A DNA stretch of 64,000 nt from Octopus bimaculoides (taxonomy: Eukaryota): assembly GCF_001194135.2 (NCBI RefSeq), contig NC_069007.1, forward strand, positions 6,123,116 to 6,187,115. Direction: 5' to 3'. The notes beneath the pieces were generated by a model. That model saw only the letters and a program-made list of their open reading frames with translations. It did no database searches and had not been told where the DNA came from. Positions 12,523 to 23,480 of the stretch are shown here, one piece after another (position 1 is the first letter of the stretch; the number at the start of each line of letters is the position of its first letter). The translations under genes and the position numbers were made by a program.

Positions 12523-13289
12523 ATGCGTTTTAATAATTGTTAATATACAAAACAAGTGTGTGTGTGTTTGTGGAAATATCTATAAGACAATTACAACGAA
12601 TGCAGAAATTAATACATCTGCATATTTTTTTTATTTCTACAAAGCTAACCCTGGATTTACCCATCATTTGAAATACATTGGGATTACTAACCTGAAATTA
12701 ACCTACGTGTTTCTTACCAATTGATGCAGTTAGCCATAATTTGGATCATAACTGAGTGCTTGGACATTACCCGCCCAATCGCATTATCCTTGAATGTAAA
12801 CCAATGGATAAGTTTCTGTTGGCAAATTGAGAATACACCCTCTTTGGATTGGGCAGTTGTACCACAGACTCTAGACCCCTATTTGTTCAGCCTTATTATA
12901 GCTTTGTGGTCAAAGGAGACATAACTCTCTCCTCTTTTTCTTTTTTTTCCTCTTTTCCTTTTCTTTTCATTTTCCAATGTTTTCACCCTCCCACCATCTA
13001 CATCTACTCTCTTCTTGCCTTTTCTCATGTTTTCTTTTATTTTATCATCCTGTTTTAGTTTGTATATGTTATACAAACATAGCCTGAAGATAGCAAGAAG
13101 GCACTAGACATGTCATAAAATGCTGTGTGAGATGTTTTCATCACATGAAACTATTAGTAGCTCATAAAAATATATACTGTGTTCATTAAACAATATTTTT
13201 TTCTCACCAGATGGAATACTATTTTGTCTAGGAATATAATTACCACTATATCTAGATATAATGGTAATTAAAAAGGACACCACCATTAC

Positions 13290-13520
13290 CACAGATACTC
13301 TCCTTATTTTTTTCTCCTTGTTTCTCTCCTTATTTTTTTCTCCTCATTTTTTTTATTCCTAGCTTTTTCTCCTTATTGTTTTCTGTGTTCCTTTCTGTTG
13401 AAGAGCGTAGGCTCGAAACGTCAAATACTTTCTCTATTCCCGAGCGTTAAACTAATACATCCTTTTGTTGTTTACACCACCTGTCTTCGTCTGTTGTTTT
13501 TTTCGTAAATTCTCCCATAT
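13290..13520 (+). mobile_element. Non-autonomous PLE-type module with hammerhead-like motif (13392-13425)
   Basis: Pyrimidine-rich short tandem leader, then TTT-CTGTTGA-A-GAGC-gtag-GCTC-GAAAC-GTC/AAA. A6 is replaced by U. Confidence 0.6.
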
Positions 13521-13670
13521 ACTACAAACACACAGACACACATCAATATTTGAATTTTAAGTCATGCTATCCACCACATACAAAACGCAACATCCCTAGC
13601 CAGAAGAATTTGTACCATTGTGGAAGATGCAAATATCAGGAACAAGCGCCTAACAGAAACAAGAGAATTT

Positions 13671-13845
13671 CAAAACAACACCAAATCATACATTCAAAAT
13701 AAATGGAAGTGGAGAGACAAGTTACTGAAGAGATTGCAAGAGTACAATGAAATGATTTAACAAAAAAATTAAATGCTGTTTATAAATTAATAAAGGACTG
13801 TTTATTACCGGCATAATGCCTCTCCCAAGGTTTAATTGTAGAACT
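13671..13845 (+). mobile_element. 175-bp insertion in the PLE ORF with 10-bp TSD and degenerate HHR-like motif (13722-13760)
   Basis: AAGAGAATTT is duplicated at 13661-13670 and 13846-13855. Internal motif TTA-CTGAAGA-G-ATTG-caagagta-CAAT-GAAAT-GATT/TAA. Confidence 0.6.
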
Positions 13846-14160
13846 AAGAGAATTTTGCTCAAAGCAAAATACACGTCTCTACTTATAGAAAATGGCATAC
13901 AGCAGGCTATAAAAATATTCTATAACTAAGGAGAACCCAAAGAAGAGGAAAACAAGAACAAGTCCTACCATTTATTGTGACACACAACCCATGTCACCAG
14001 AATGTCTTCAACATTACCAAAGCAAACCTACCAATCATTGCTCAAAGTAATGAATTAAAAGATATGATCGTAGATCGAGCTATGGTTCTTCATTACTGAG
14101 ACGCTTCCGAAGAAAGAAAACCGTTGGAAAACAATTTATAGCAGAGACTCCAGCTAAGAA

Positions 14161-14196
14161 GATCTGAAGAAGGAATTGTAATTCCGAAATATCATC
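14161..14196 (+). ncRNA. Minimal type-I hammerhead ribozyme motif, intact core
   Basis: GAT-CTGAAGA-A-GGAAT-tgta-ATTCC-GAAA-T-ATC/ATC; near-identical copy on the minus strand at 24891-24926. Confidence 0.75.
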
Positions 14197-14434
14197 CAGC
14201 GAACTACAATACTCTCCTAACAAAGACAAATTTTGACCTTGGCAACAAAGACCAATCATTCACTGTATCTAAATGCAATGACAGCCAATGTGGCACATGC
14301 CAATTCACACATACTGGTCAATATATGGACACAAAAACTGGAAAAATATTTACAAACGCAAATATGGACTGCAAAAGCAGAAATTTAATTTACTGCATCA
14401 AATAGGCAAGTTGTGAAGAACTATATATGGGTCA

Positions 14435-14569
14435 TTATTTACATTTGACGAATATTTGTCCTCATCTTGTTTGTTGTTAACATTTCAGCTGATATACCCT
14501 CCAGCCTTCATCAGGTGTCTTGGGGAAAATTTCAAATCTGGGTTCTCATTCCTAAGGTATTTTTCGATG

Positions 14570-14600
<31 letters not shown>

Positions 14601-14773
14601 TATTATTAGTAGTAGTAGTAGTAGTAATAGTGGTATTCAGGTAACTGCTTGGAATCGAACTCAGAATCTTGGGGTTAGTAGCCCATGCTCTTAACCACAG
14701 GCATATGGCATAGTGTTTAAGTATGTGGGCTACTAACCCCAAGATTCCGAGTTCGATTCCAAGCAGTGACCTA

Positions 14774-14820
<47 letters not shown>

Positions 14821-14839
14821 CATTAAAAANNNNNNNNNN

Positions 14840-14874
<35 letters not shown>

Positions 14875-15055
14875 CATTAAAAAATAACTTAGGAATGAGA
14901 ACCCAGTTTCGAAATTTTCCCCAAGACACCTGATGAAGGCTGAAGGTTATATCAGCCTAACCGTTGTGTTAACAAACAAGATGAGGACAAATATCCGTCA
15001 AATGTAAATAATGTAAATAATGTACATAATTCCTCATCTCTTAAATATAGAACTG
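14435..15055. mobile_element. Head-to-head inverted dimer of a tRNA-headed SINE with (AAT)n spacer and HHR-bearing tail
   Basis: Arms mirror about the centre CAT|ATG (14704/14705). A-box TGGCATAGTG at 14706 and B-box GAGTTCGATTCC at 14749. HHR motifs at 14479-14519(-) and 14925-14970(+). 13-bp TSD TATATATGGGTCA at 14422-14434 and 15056-15068. Confidence 0.9.
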
Positions 15056-15689
15056 TATATATGGGTCAGACTGGAAACGCTCTGTCAAAACGTTCATGTG
15101 TGCACCGACAGCAAATTAGAGATTCAGATGTCCATCAAATACCTTTGAGTAACAATCTAGCAGCACGTGGTTGGAAAATATTTATAATTCCATTCCACAA
15201 ATTACACAATCCAAGATAAATGGAGAGAAAAATCAGAGAAAAGAACTTTATTAATAAATTCCAACCCAAGCTAAATAAACAATGATAATAATAATAATAA
15301 TACTTAAAGGTACTATTTCTACTGCTACGATCACAACCACTAATAACAACAACAACAACACTAAAGGGTCTCATGATGACAATAGCAGAAAAATACTTGC
15401 TAAGTCAGGAGAAAAGTTAGTAAAAGTAATCTTATTTAAGGTTTAATGTTTTATTACCACAGCTACTCCTACCACCCACCCTCGTGATGATGATAATTGT
15501 AAAAATCCCTAGGAAATATCGTTTACAACATTTCCAAAAATAGCCAGACAATTAGAGTTTTGGTCGGGGTCAAAATACAGGTCTCTTGACATGTTCAACA
15601 AACCATGATGCCTCAACCAAACACCAATCAACTTAAATAATTTAGTAAAGACACACACTGATTGGTCAGAAGACAGTTGGCAAAACTTA

Positions 15690-15965
15690 AAACTCCAGAA
15701 GTCGCACCGATGCAGTAGTCAATATAACGACCGTATAGTTCAGGAGCAGGACCAGGGAAACTTGAGAATACTTGGCCCTCCACGTAGCCAGTGAACAGGT
15801 TCACATAGTTGGGGCCCATTCTCGTTCCCATGGCCACTCCCGAGAACATGTTGGTAAAAATCACCAGAGAACGAGAAGCAGTTAAGTGAAAGGACAAGTT
15901 CTGCCAGATGAAGATGTGTGGATGTATCAGGTTGGGGGTTGAGACCTGAAACCAAACTTCCACAC
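15690..15965 (-). mobile_element. Penelope-like RT core fragment (second lineage)
   Basis: HLAELVLSLNCFSFSGDFYQ / GVAMGTRMGPNYVNLFTGYVE...PELYGRYIDYCIG (PLE RT motifs B' and C), frameshifted. Confidence 0.9.
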
Positions 15966-15994
15966 CACATTCAATTAGGAGATCCTATATCAGT

Positions 15995-16285
15995 TAGAAA
16001 ACACCTAAAAGCTCCACAAGGCTGCGGCAGGGGATGGTGGTGAACCCTGCTGTACTCTTTCACCACAACTTTCTCTCACTCTTACTGCCTGTTTCTGTTG
16101 TGCCTGTAATTCAAAGGGTCAGCCTTGTCACACTGTGTCACGCTGAATATCCCTGAGAACTATGTTAAGGGTACACGTGTCTGTGGAGTGCTCAGCCACT
16201 TGCACGTTAATTTCGCGAGCAGGCTGTTCCATTGGTCGGATCAACTGGAACCCTCGGCGTCGTAAGCGACGGAGTGCCAACAACA
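15995..16285 (+). mobile_element. SINE family A, 5'-truncated
   Basis: Body and tail match 42098-42480. Confidence 0.9.
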
Positions 16286-17083
16286 AATATATATATATAT
16301 TATATATGTGTTTGTATGTGCTTGTATGCATCTGTGTGTATGTGTGTGTGTGTGTATACATGGGCAGTTGTAGTGAGACCTTGCCAGTGACAGATCATAA
16401 TTAGTGCCCCAAATATTTTAACAATCATTAATAAATGCTTAAGTGATGCTAACTGATTTTGTCAGAATTTGAATGGCTAAATATGTTTCTTGCCATGTTG
16501 CAATTGTTTAGAACTTTTCTGTAACAACAAAGAAATTTTCTTAGATCCTGATACCTCTACCCATTTACCAGCATTCCCAGCTTTACTTGGAATTTGAGCT
16601 AAGAATTATCGATTTGGTCTTATATGAGAATTATTTCTTGCCTCTGATGTTTAGTATCAACACTCTGTTATTGAGAAAAGTCTCATTTAATGAACAGTAT
16701 GGTGATAAGGCACCAATTTAAAACCGTTTTTGTTCACTTCTCCTGAAGGCTGGAAAGATAACACATTAAAACCGATTTCATGAACAGAATGGTTATTTTA
16801 GTAGAACGATGAAAAGTAAGAAGCAACGTTTTCCTGTCTTATCTTTTACATTTATCTTCCACCAATCTTGGCAGACTGGCAGGAACATCCATAATAAACT
16901 CTACAACACTAAATGCTACCATTTTATGATTGTGATCAAAATAGCATTGGATAAGGTTTTGAAAATTCTAAGGAAAAAAGTATTCTTTGAAACATGAAGA
17001 GATAGGCAGGTTTCGAAATGCCTAGAATTTCTAAGCAATGGGTTTTAAAGCTTTGGAAAATGCCAAAGAAAATTATATGTCTG

Positions 17084-17155
<72 letters not shown>

Positions 17156-17731
17156 TTTTAAAACATTGGGTATTTCAGATAGATGTCTGAGAAAGATTCT
17201 AAGCGCTACCAAATTTGAAATGGCAAAGAACAGCATATGCATTTTGCTATCTCTTGTCATTAATTCTGTAGCTTATTTTTGCTGCAGATTGGTTTTTAGA
17301 ATGTCTGATATTAGAACGGAAGTGTCTTTGAGAAGTTGAAGAATGTTTGAAATATTTGAAGAGTGTAGGCTCATGTCTTTTAAAGAGTTGAAGAATGCAT
17401 ATCATCATTACTATCACCATCATCATCGTCATCATCGTCGTCGTCATCGTCATCATCATTGTCATCATCATCATTGTCATTGTAATCACCATTATGATAA
17501 TCTTTGTAGAGGCAGACTCTCAACAACAGCAAGACGCCCTTCTTCTTGAGACAGTAGTATTTTACCAAAACAGAGACATTGTAAACCAAGGACATTCATT
17601 GCAGGGTGGGGACAAAATAAGGAGATGCAACCATACACATATACTCATGCACACATACACACAAACCAATTCACACACACATATCTATATCTTTCTATCT
17701 ATCTACCTATCTCATTCTTTCTTTCTCTCTC

Positions 17732-17780
<49 letters not shown>

Positions 17781-17781
<1 letters not shown>

Positions 17782-17941
17782 TTTAGTTATATAAGGGCAT
17801 TACTATACATGAATGCCTCACGCTAAGAGGGACTCTAAGGTCAAACTACTATAATAAACACATTTTATTATAGTAGTTTGACCTTAGAGTCCCTCTTAAC
17901 GTGAGGCATTCTTGTATAGTAATGCCCTTATATAAATAAAT
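17781..17941. repeat. Near-perfect foldback hairpin (78-bp arms, 5-nt loop CACAT)
   Basis: 17781-17858 versus 17864-17941 are reverse complements with about 3 mismatches. Confidence 0.95.
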
Positions 17942-18784
17942 ACATTTTGGGGAATAAATGATGGATTTTTCCCTTATGAGGTTTTTTTCACGCTAGCTAC
18001 TTGATAAATTCTTATAAAAGAATTCATCCTATTATTGAATTAATTATATGTATGTATATATATATATAGAGAGAGAGATAGATAGATAGGTAGGTAGGTA
18101 AGTAGGTAGGTATAAATAAATATAAATATATACATACTTATATAACAGGTTTCTTACAGTTTCCATCTAACAAATCCACTTACAAGAATTTGTTTGGCCC
18201 AGTAGAAGAAATTTGCCCTTATGCACCACACAGTGGTACTGAACCAGAAACCCTGTGGTTGGTTGGCAGCTGAATTTGTTAACCACATAGTTATGTCTGT
18301 GCATCACGAACAGGCCTACACTTCATTGCTGTGCCCGGCACTCTTTGAAACTTTGAAACGTGCAGACAAAGTATCTTTAAATGGTTGAAGAATTCACGTG
18401 AATCTTTTGGAAAGAACTGTAGTATGCAAATGAGTCTCATAAAATTTCCAAGAACTGCAAACTATAATGTCTTTGAACAGCTGGAGAAGGAGAATGTCTG
18501 GTAATCTGAAAGGTTCTGATAATTGATTTTTATAGAGGAAAATATTTTTAAACACAGTTGTTTCTAGTAAGAAATGGTTCTGTCTTTGATTGGATATCTT
18601 TTATTTTTAGCACTTAGCTCCATTCTGATTGAGTAGATATGTGACAAGGTTTCACACAGTCTCCCTCTTCTAAATTGTACTTGAAAGGCATTGGTGAACC
18701 TAAAACTATGATAAACGATATTTACCTGAAGTAATGTATAAGGGAGTGCTGTACAGTTTCTGGCTATCATCATCATCATTATTA

Positions 18785-19130
18785 TCATCATCATCATCGT
18801 TTAACGTCCGCTTTCCATGCTAGCATGGGTTGGACGATTTGACTGAGGACTGGTGAGCTAGATAGCTACACCAGGCTCCAATCTGATTTGGCAGAGTTTC
18901 TACAGCTGGATGCCCTACCTAACGCCAACCACTCCGAGAGTGTAGTGGGTGATTTACGTGCCACCGGCACGAAGGCCAGTCAGGCGGTACTGGTGACGAC
19001 CACGCTCGAAATGGTGTATTTTACGTGCCACCTGCACAGGAGCCAGTCCAGCGGCACTGGCAATGATCTCGCTCGAATTTCTTGTCACGTGCCACTGGCA
19101 CAAGTGCCAGGGAGGCGACGTTGGTAACGA
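18785..19130 (-). mobile_element. SINE-like family C with GTGCCAC-motif region
   Basis: (CAT)n-CGTTTAACGTCCGCTTTCCATGC...GGATGCCCTACCTAACGCCAACC...TTTACGTGCCACC. Confidence 0.85.
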
Positions 19131-19154
19131 TCAACGGCCACACTCAAAGAAAAT

Positions 19155-19322
19155 ACAGAAGGGTCGATTAATTATGATTTTATTCAACCTTCTCAGATTC
19201 ACACACTTATTGCAGAGATCCTTTAGTTTTTCTAATCCATGGGAAAGTACTCAGAAGGTTCGTCCTCCAAGCAAGACCTTTCGCAATATCTTTAAAGCCA
19301 GATACTTTTAAGCAGCCCCTTT
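19155..19322. mobile_element. mariner-derived MITE fragment
   Basis: Homologous to 20808-21004 and 49640-49787; ends in ...ACTTTTAAGCAGCCCCT. Confidence 0.6.
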
Positions 19323-19344
19323 GTGTGCGTGTGTGTGTGTGTGT

Positions 19345-20680
19345 GTATCATCATCATCGTTTAACGTCCGCTTTCCATGCTAGCATGGGTTGGACGATTT
19401 GACTGAGGACTGGTGCAACCGGATGGCTACACCAGGCTCCAATCTAATTTGGCAGAGTTTCTACAGCTGGATGCCCTTCCTAACGCCAACCACTCAGAGA
19501 GTGTAGTGGGTGCTTTTACGTGTCACCCACACGAAAATGGCCACGCTCGAAATGGTGTCTTTTATGTGCNNNNNNNNNNNNNNNNNNNNNNNNNNNNNNN
19601 NNNNNNNNNNNNNNNNNNNNNNNNNNNNNNNNNNNNNNNNNNNNNNNNNNNNNNNNNNNNNNNNNNNNNNNNNNNNNNNNNNNNNNNNNNNNNNNNNNNN
19701 NNNNNNNNNNNNNNNNNNNNNNNNNNNNNNNNNNNNNNNNNNNNNNNNNNNNNNNNNNNNNNNNNNNNNNNNNNNNNNNNNNNNNNNNNNNNNNNNNNNN
19801 NNNNNNNNNNNNNNNNNNNNNNNNNNNNNNNNNNNNNNNNNNNNNNNNNNNNNNNNNNNNNNNNNNNNNNNNNNNNNNNNNNNNNNNNNNNNNNNNNNNN
19901 NNNNNNNNNNNNNNNNNNNNNNNNNNNNNNNNNNNNNNNNNNNNNNNNNNNNNNNNNNNNNNNNNNNNNNNNNNNNNNNNNNNNNNNNNNNNNNNNNNNN
20001 NNNNNNNNNNNNNNNNNNNNNNNNNNNNNNNNNNNNNNNNNNNNNNNNNNNNNNNNNNNNNNNNNNNNNNNNNNNNNNNNNNNNNNNNNNNNNNNNNNNN
20101 NNNNNNNNNNNNNNNNNNNNNNNNNNNNNNNNNNNNNNNNNNNNNNNNNNNNNNNNNNNNNNNNNNNNNNNNNNNNNNNNNNNNNNNNNNNNNNNNNNNN
20201 NNNNNNNNNNNNNNNNNNNNNNNNNNNNNNNNNNNNNNNNNNNNNNNNNNNNNNNNNNNNNNNNNNNNNNNNNNNNNNNNNNNNNNNNNNNNNNNNNNNN
20301 NNNNNNNNNNNNNNNNNNNNNNNNNNNNNNNNNNNNNNNNNNNNNNNNNNNNNNNNNNNNNNNNNNNNNNNNNNNNNNNNNNNNNNNNNNNNNNNNNNNN
20401 NNNNNNNNNNNNNNNNNNNNNNNNNNNNNNNNNNNNNNNNNNNNNNNNNNNNNNNNNNNNNNNNNNNNNNNNNNNNNNNNNNNNNNNNNNNNNNNNNNNN
20501 NNNNNATATATACACTCTTGGAGTGGTTGGCGTTAGGAAGGGCATCCTGCTGTAGAAACTCTGCCAAATTAGATTGGAGCCTGGTGTTGCCATCCGGTTT
20601 CACCAGTCCTCAGTCAAATCGTCCAACCCATGCTAGCATGGAAAGCGGACGTTAAACGATGATGATGATGATGATGATGA
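19345..20680. mobile_element. Family C inverted pair spanning an N gap
   Basis: 19345-19569 on minus and 20510-20680 on plus are near-identical mirror copies flanking the gap at 19570-20506. Confidence 0.8.
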
Positions 20681-20760
20681 TATATATATCGATGAACGGG
20701 AACGTGAAACTCAGAGTAACACTCTTTTGTTATATTTCTGCTGCTTTTAAATAAAGTGTG

Positions 20761-20793
<33 letters not shown>

Positions 20794-20807
20794 ATGTGTG
20801 TGTGCAT

Positions 20808-21004
20808 ATGAGGGTCTGCTGAAAAGTTGCAGGAGGATCAGTTAATTATGGTTTTATTCAACATATTCCCCTCTCAAATTCACACACCTATTGTTGTGGT
20901 CCTTCAGTTTTTTCTGAGTCCTGTAAATGAACTCAGAAGGTTGGGGCTCCAACGAGGCCTTTTGCGACACCCTTAAAACCAGGAACTTTTCACTTCACCC
21001 TTGT
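20808..21004. mobile_element. mariner-derived MITE
   Basis: TATGAGGGTCTGCTGAAAAGTT ... AACTTTTCACTTCACCCTTGTA imperfect TIRs flanked by TA. Confidence 0.7.
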
Positions 21005-21775
21005 ATTATGAGATTGAAACCCTTAACTATATATTTGAAGAGTAAACATCAAAACTGAAACAGCCCATATTAGTACCATTACATGCCTGATTGACCAGAC
21101 AGAGAGAATATTTCCTCACAGTTTCTGTCGATCACATTCCACAAACAAAACCAAAAATTATGTCAAATAACATTCTCCCAAAATAGTGTGAAGTGGGATT
21201 GAAACCTAACCTACATAGTTATACAGTAAACAACTCAACCACACAGCCTATATTAACAAGACCTGATTGGCCAGATATAGAACATGCTTCCTCAAAGTTT
21301 CCATCTATCAAATTATACAGACAAATCCAAACTCATGATAAAGAACATTTGCCCAAAATTATGTGAAATGGGACTGAAACCTAACCAACATAGGTGTTTA
21401 GTAAACATCTCAGCCATGTAGTTCATATTAGCACCAAGTCAGACCTGATTGAATAAAAATATGACACGCTTCCTCACAATTTCTTGCTACCAAATTTTAC
21501 AAACTAATCTAAAATTATGATAAAGGACGTTCACCCAAAATGGTGAGAAATGGGATTGAAACCAGACTAACATAGTTCTACCGTGCAGTTCATATTAGCA
21601 CCAAATTAGGTCTGAGTGAGTAGACATATCATAAGCTTCCACACAGTTTTCGTCTATCAAATTCTAAATGACATTTGACCAAAATGGCAGAAAGTGGGAT
21701 TGAAAACTGTACAATGAATTTCCAAAGTTTACAAAGCAAACATTTCAACTACAACAACCTATATTAATATTAACA
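21005..21775 (-). repeat. Tandem array of ~140-185 bp units derived from the family-B SINE head/CORE
   Basis: G(G/A)ATTGAAAC recurs at about 21015, 21195, 21370, 21557 and 21697, together with CAGTTTC..TCTA.CAAATT and CATTTGCCCAAAA motifs matching the reverse of family B. Confidence 0.7.
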
Positions 21776-22639
21776 CCTATTCTTCTTCCCATGTATAAAT
21801 TTCTGGTCTCTTGCCATTGTATTGAATCAATATTACATTCTGGTTAAAGACTTACATGAGTCAAGATAATACATTATTACTGAGATAATAAATCATATAT
21901 TCTTCACTCCACACCATAATTGAATTTATCTAACAATCCAATCCTAACTCACTTATTGACCAATTCTTACTGGCAGTCAATACCGGCCATCACTAGTTTT
22001 CTTGGATTCTTAATGTTACCCTGGTGATAATACAGCTCCAATTAGTGTTAAATGATTATTGTATCTATACAAAGATATAATGCCTTTTTTTTTTCCAATA
22101 TTTTCCCGACCGATGGAAGATGAGTTGCATTGCAAATTGTAATCATTGGATATGTAGTTAGGATACATTATGTTGTTTGTGGTGTTGTTTCTGTTGCTGC
22201 TACTGTCATAGCTGTTGCTGTTGTTAAGCATGTGGTTGCAGATATGGATGACTTTTGCAGAAGTCCACTCTGCAGCTTCATCAATCTGAGTTTGCTTCTA
22301 CTGCAGACCACCTTAGGTAGTTGTCTGCTACCATAGATTCAGGTTGATGAATATATTGTAACGTGATTGAATGCAGCAGATTTGATTGATGAAAATCATG
22401 TTTGTAAGTATGAATATATATGTGATTATATAAAACTTTATACAAGAAGATGGAGGAAAACAGGATTTTATAACAGATTGCAACATTTGTTTCTGTGCTT
22501 TAACACCAGCTTTAAGTTGTTGAGTTTTCATTCTCACACATTACATAAAAATTATTTTATAAATAATTACATAAATGAATATGATTCAGCAACAACTGTG
22601 TGTTTGTTGGTACTTCATCAGGTAGATTATTCTAAAGGC

Positions 22640-22975
22640 ACTGCTGACGGTGGTGGTGGTGGTGGTGGTGACGATGATGACGATGAAAATGACAGTGATG
22701 ACAACGATAGCAATAGTGATGATGGCAATAATAATGAAAATGATTATGATCCTGATGAAGATGAGAGTAATGTCATTAAAGACGATGACGAAGACAGGGA
22801 TGATGATAATGATAACGATGACGAAGATGAAAATGACAACAGCGATGACAACGATGGTGTTGACGTTGAAAACTGTTATTATCATTGAAGAAAATATCGA
22901 TGATAGTGATGATGACGAAGACAATGACAACAACGATGACAACAATGCTAATGATGCTGATGACATTAAATATAA
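22640..22975. repeat. Degenerate (GAT/GAC/AAT)n trinucleotide tract
   Basis: Low complexity; open in several frames on both strands. Confidence 0.9.
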
Positions 22976-23431
22976 TTACATCTAAAGATTATCTTCCATT
23001 AGCAGCATTCATACACCAAAAATATTTGGCCATTTTTCATTCCACCACCTCCATTTCTGACATAATAACCTATAGAAACAACAAAACAAAATGCCCTACT
23101 TCTAACCCCATCTGTCCCCTTTTTTTTTTCCTTTTCTGTCCCCTTTGCTCCGCATGATGGTTTCTATGGATGTTTATATTATTTTCTGATTTACTTTGTA
23201 AGAATTCTGACAATTCGGAACGTAATAATACCTTTTGTTCTGTTTACTGTGACAAACATCAAACCCCCACCACTGGGGCTGGTTTTCGTGGTTCCATTAT
23301 TCCAACTAAACAAAACAACAGGAAAACAGAACCTCACACATCTACCCACCTGTATATAAATACATAAATAGGTATGTATGTGTGTTTATATATACTTATA
23401 TATAGACACACACTCATACACAAACACACAC

Positions 23432-23480
<49 letters not shown>

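Larger units (their letters stand above)
13555..15285 (+). mobile_element. Penelope-like element relic (RT thumb, linker, GIY-YIG endonuclease) with nested insertions
   Basis: FKSCYPPHTKRNIP..ARRICTIVED..RNKRLTE; LIENGIQQA; VLPFIVTHNP; KCNDSQCGTC; MDCKSRNLIYCI..SCEELYMGQ|TGNALSKRSCVHRQQIRD...FINKFQPKLNKQ*. Confidence 0.92.

Noticed and set aside
16990-17035. ATGAAGA-TAGGCA/TGCCTA hairpin as a hammerhead
   Set aside because: Both core halves deviate and two incompatible registers exist.
22240-22410. Candidate host exon(s) with AG/GTAAGT signals
   Set aside because: The segment ending at the GTAAGT donor has stops in all frames, and no peptide from the region has recognisable similarity or partner exons.
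22367-22985. Asp-rich ORF resembling an acidic biomineral protein (also 52423-52659)
   Set aside because: Degenerate (GAT)n microsatellite, open in several frames on both strands, with no supported splice or start context.
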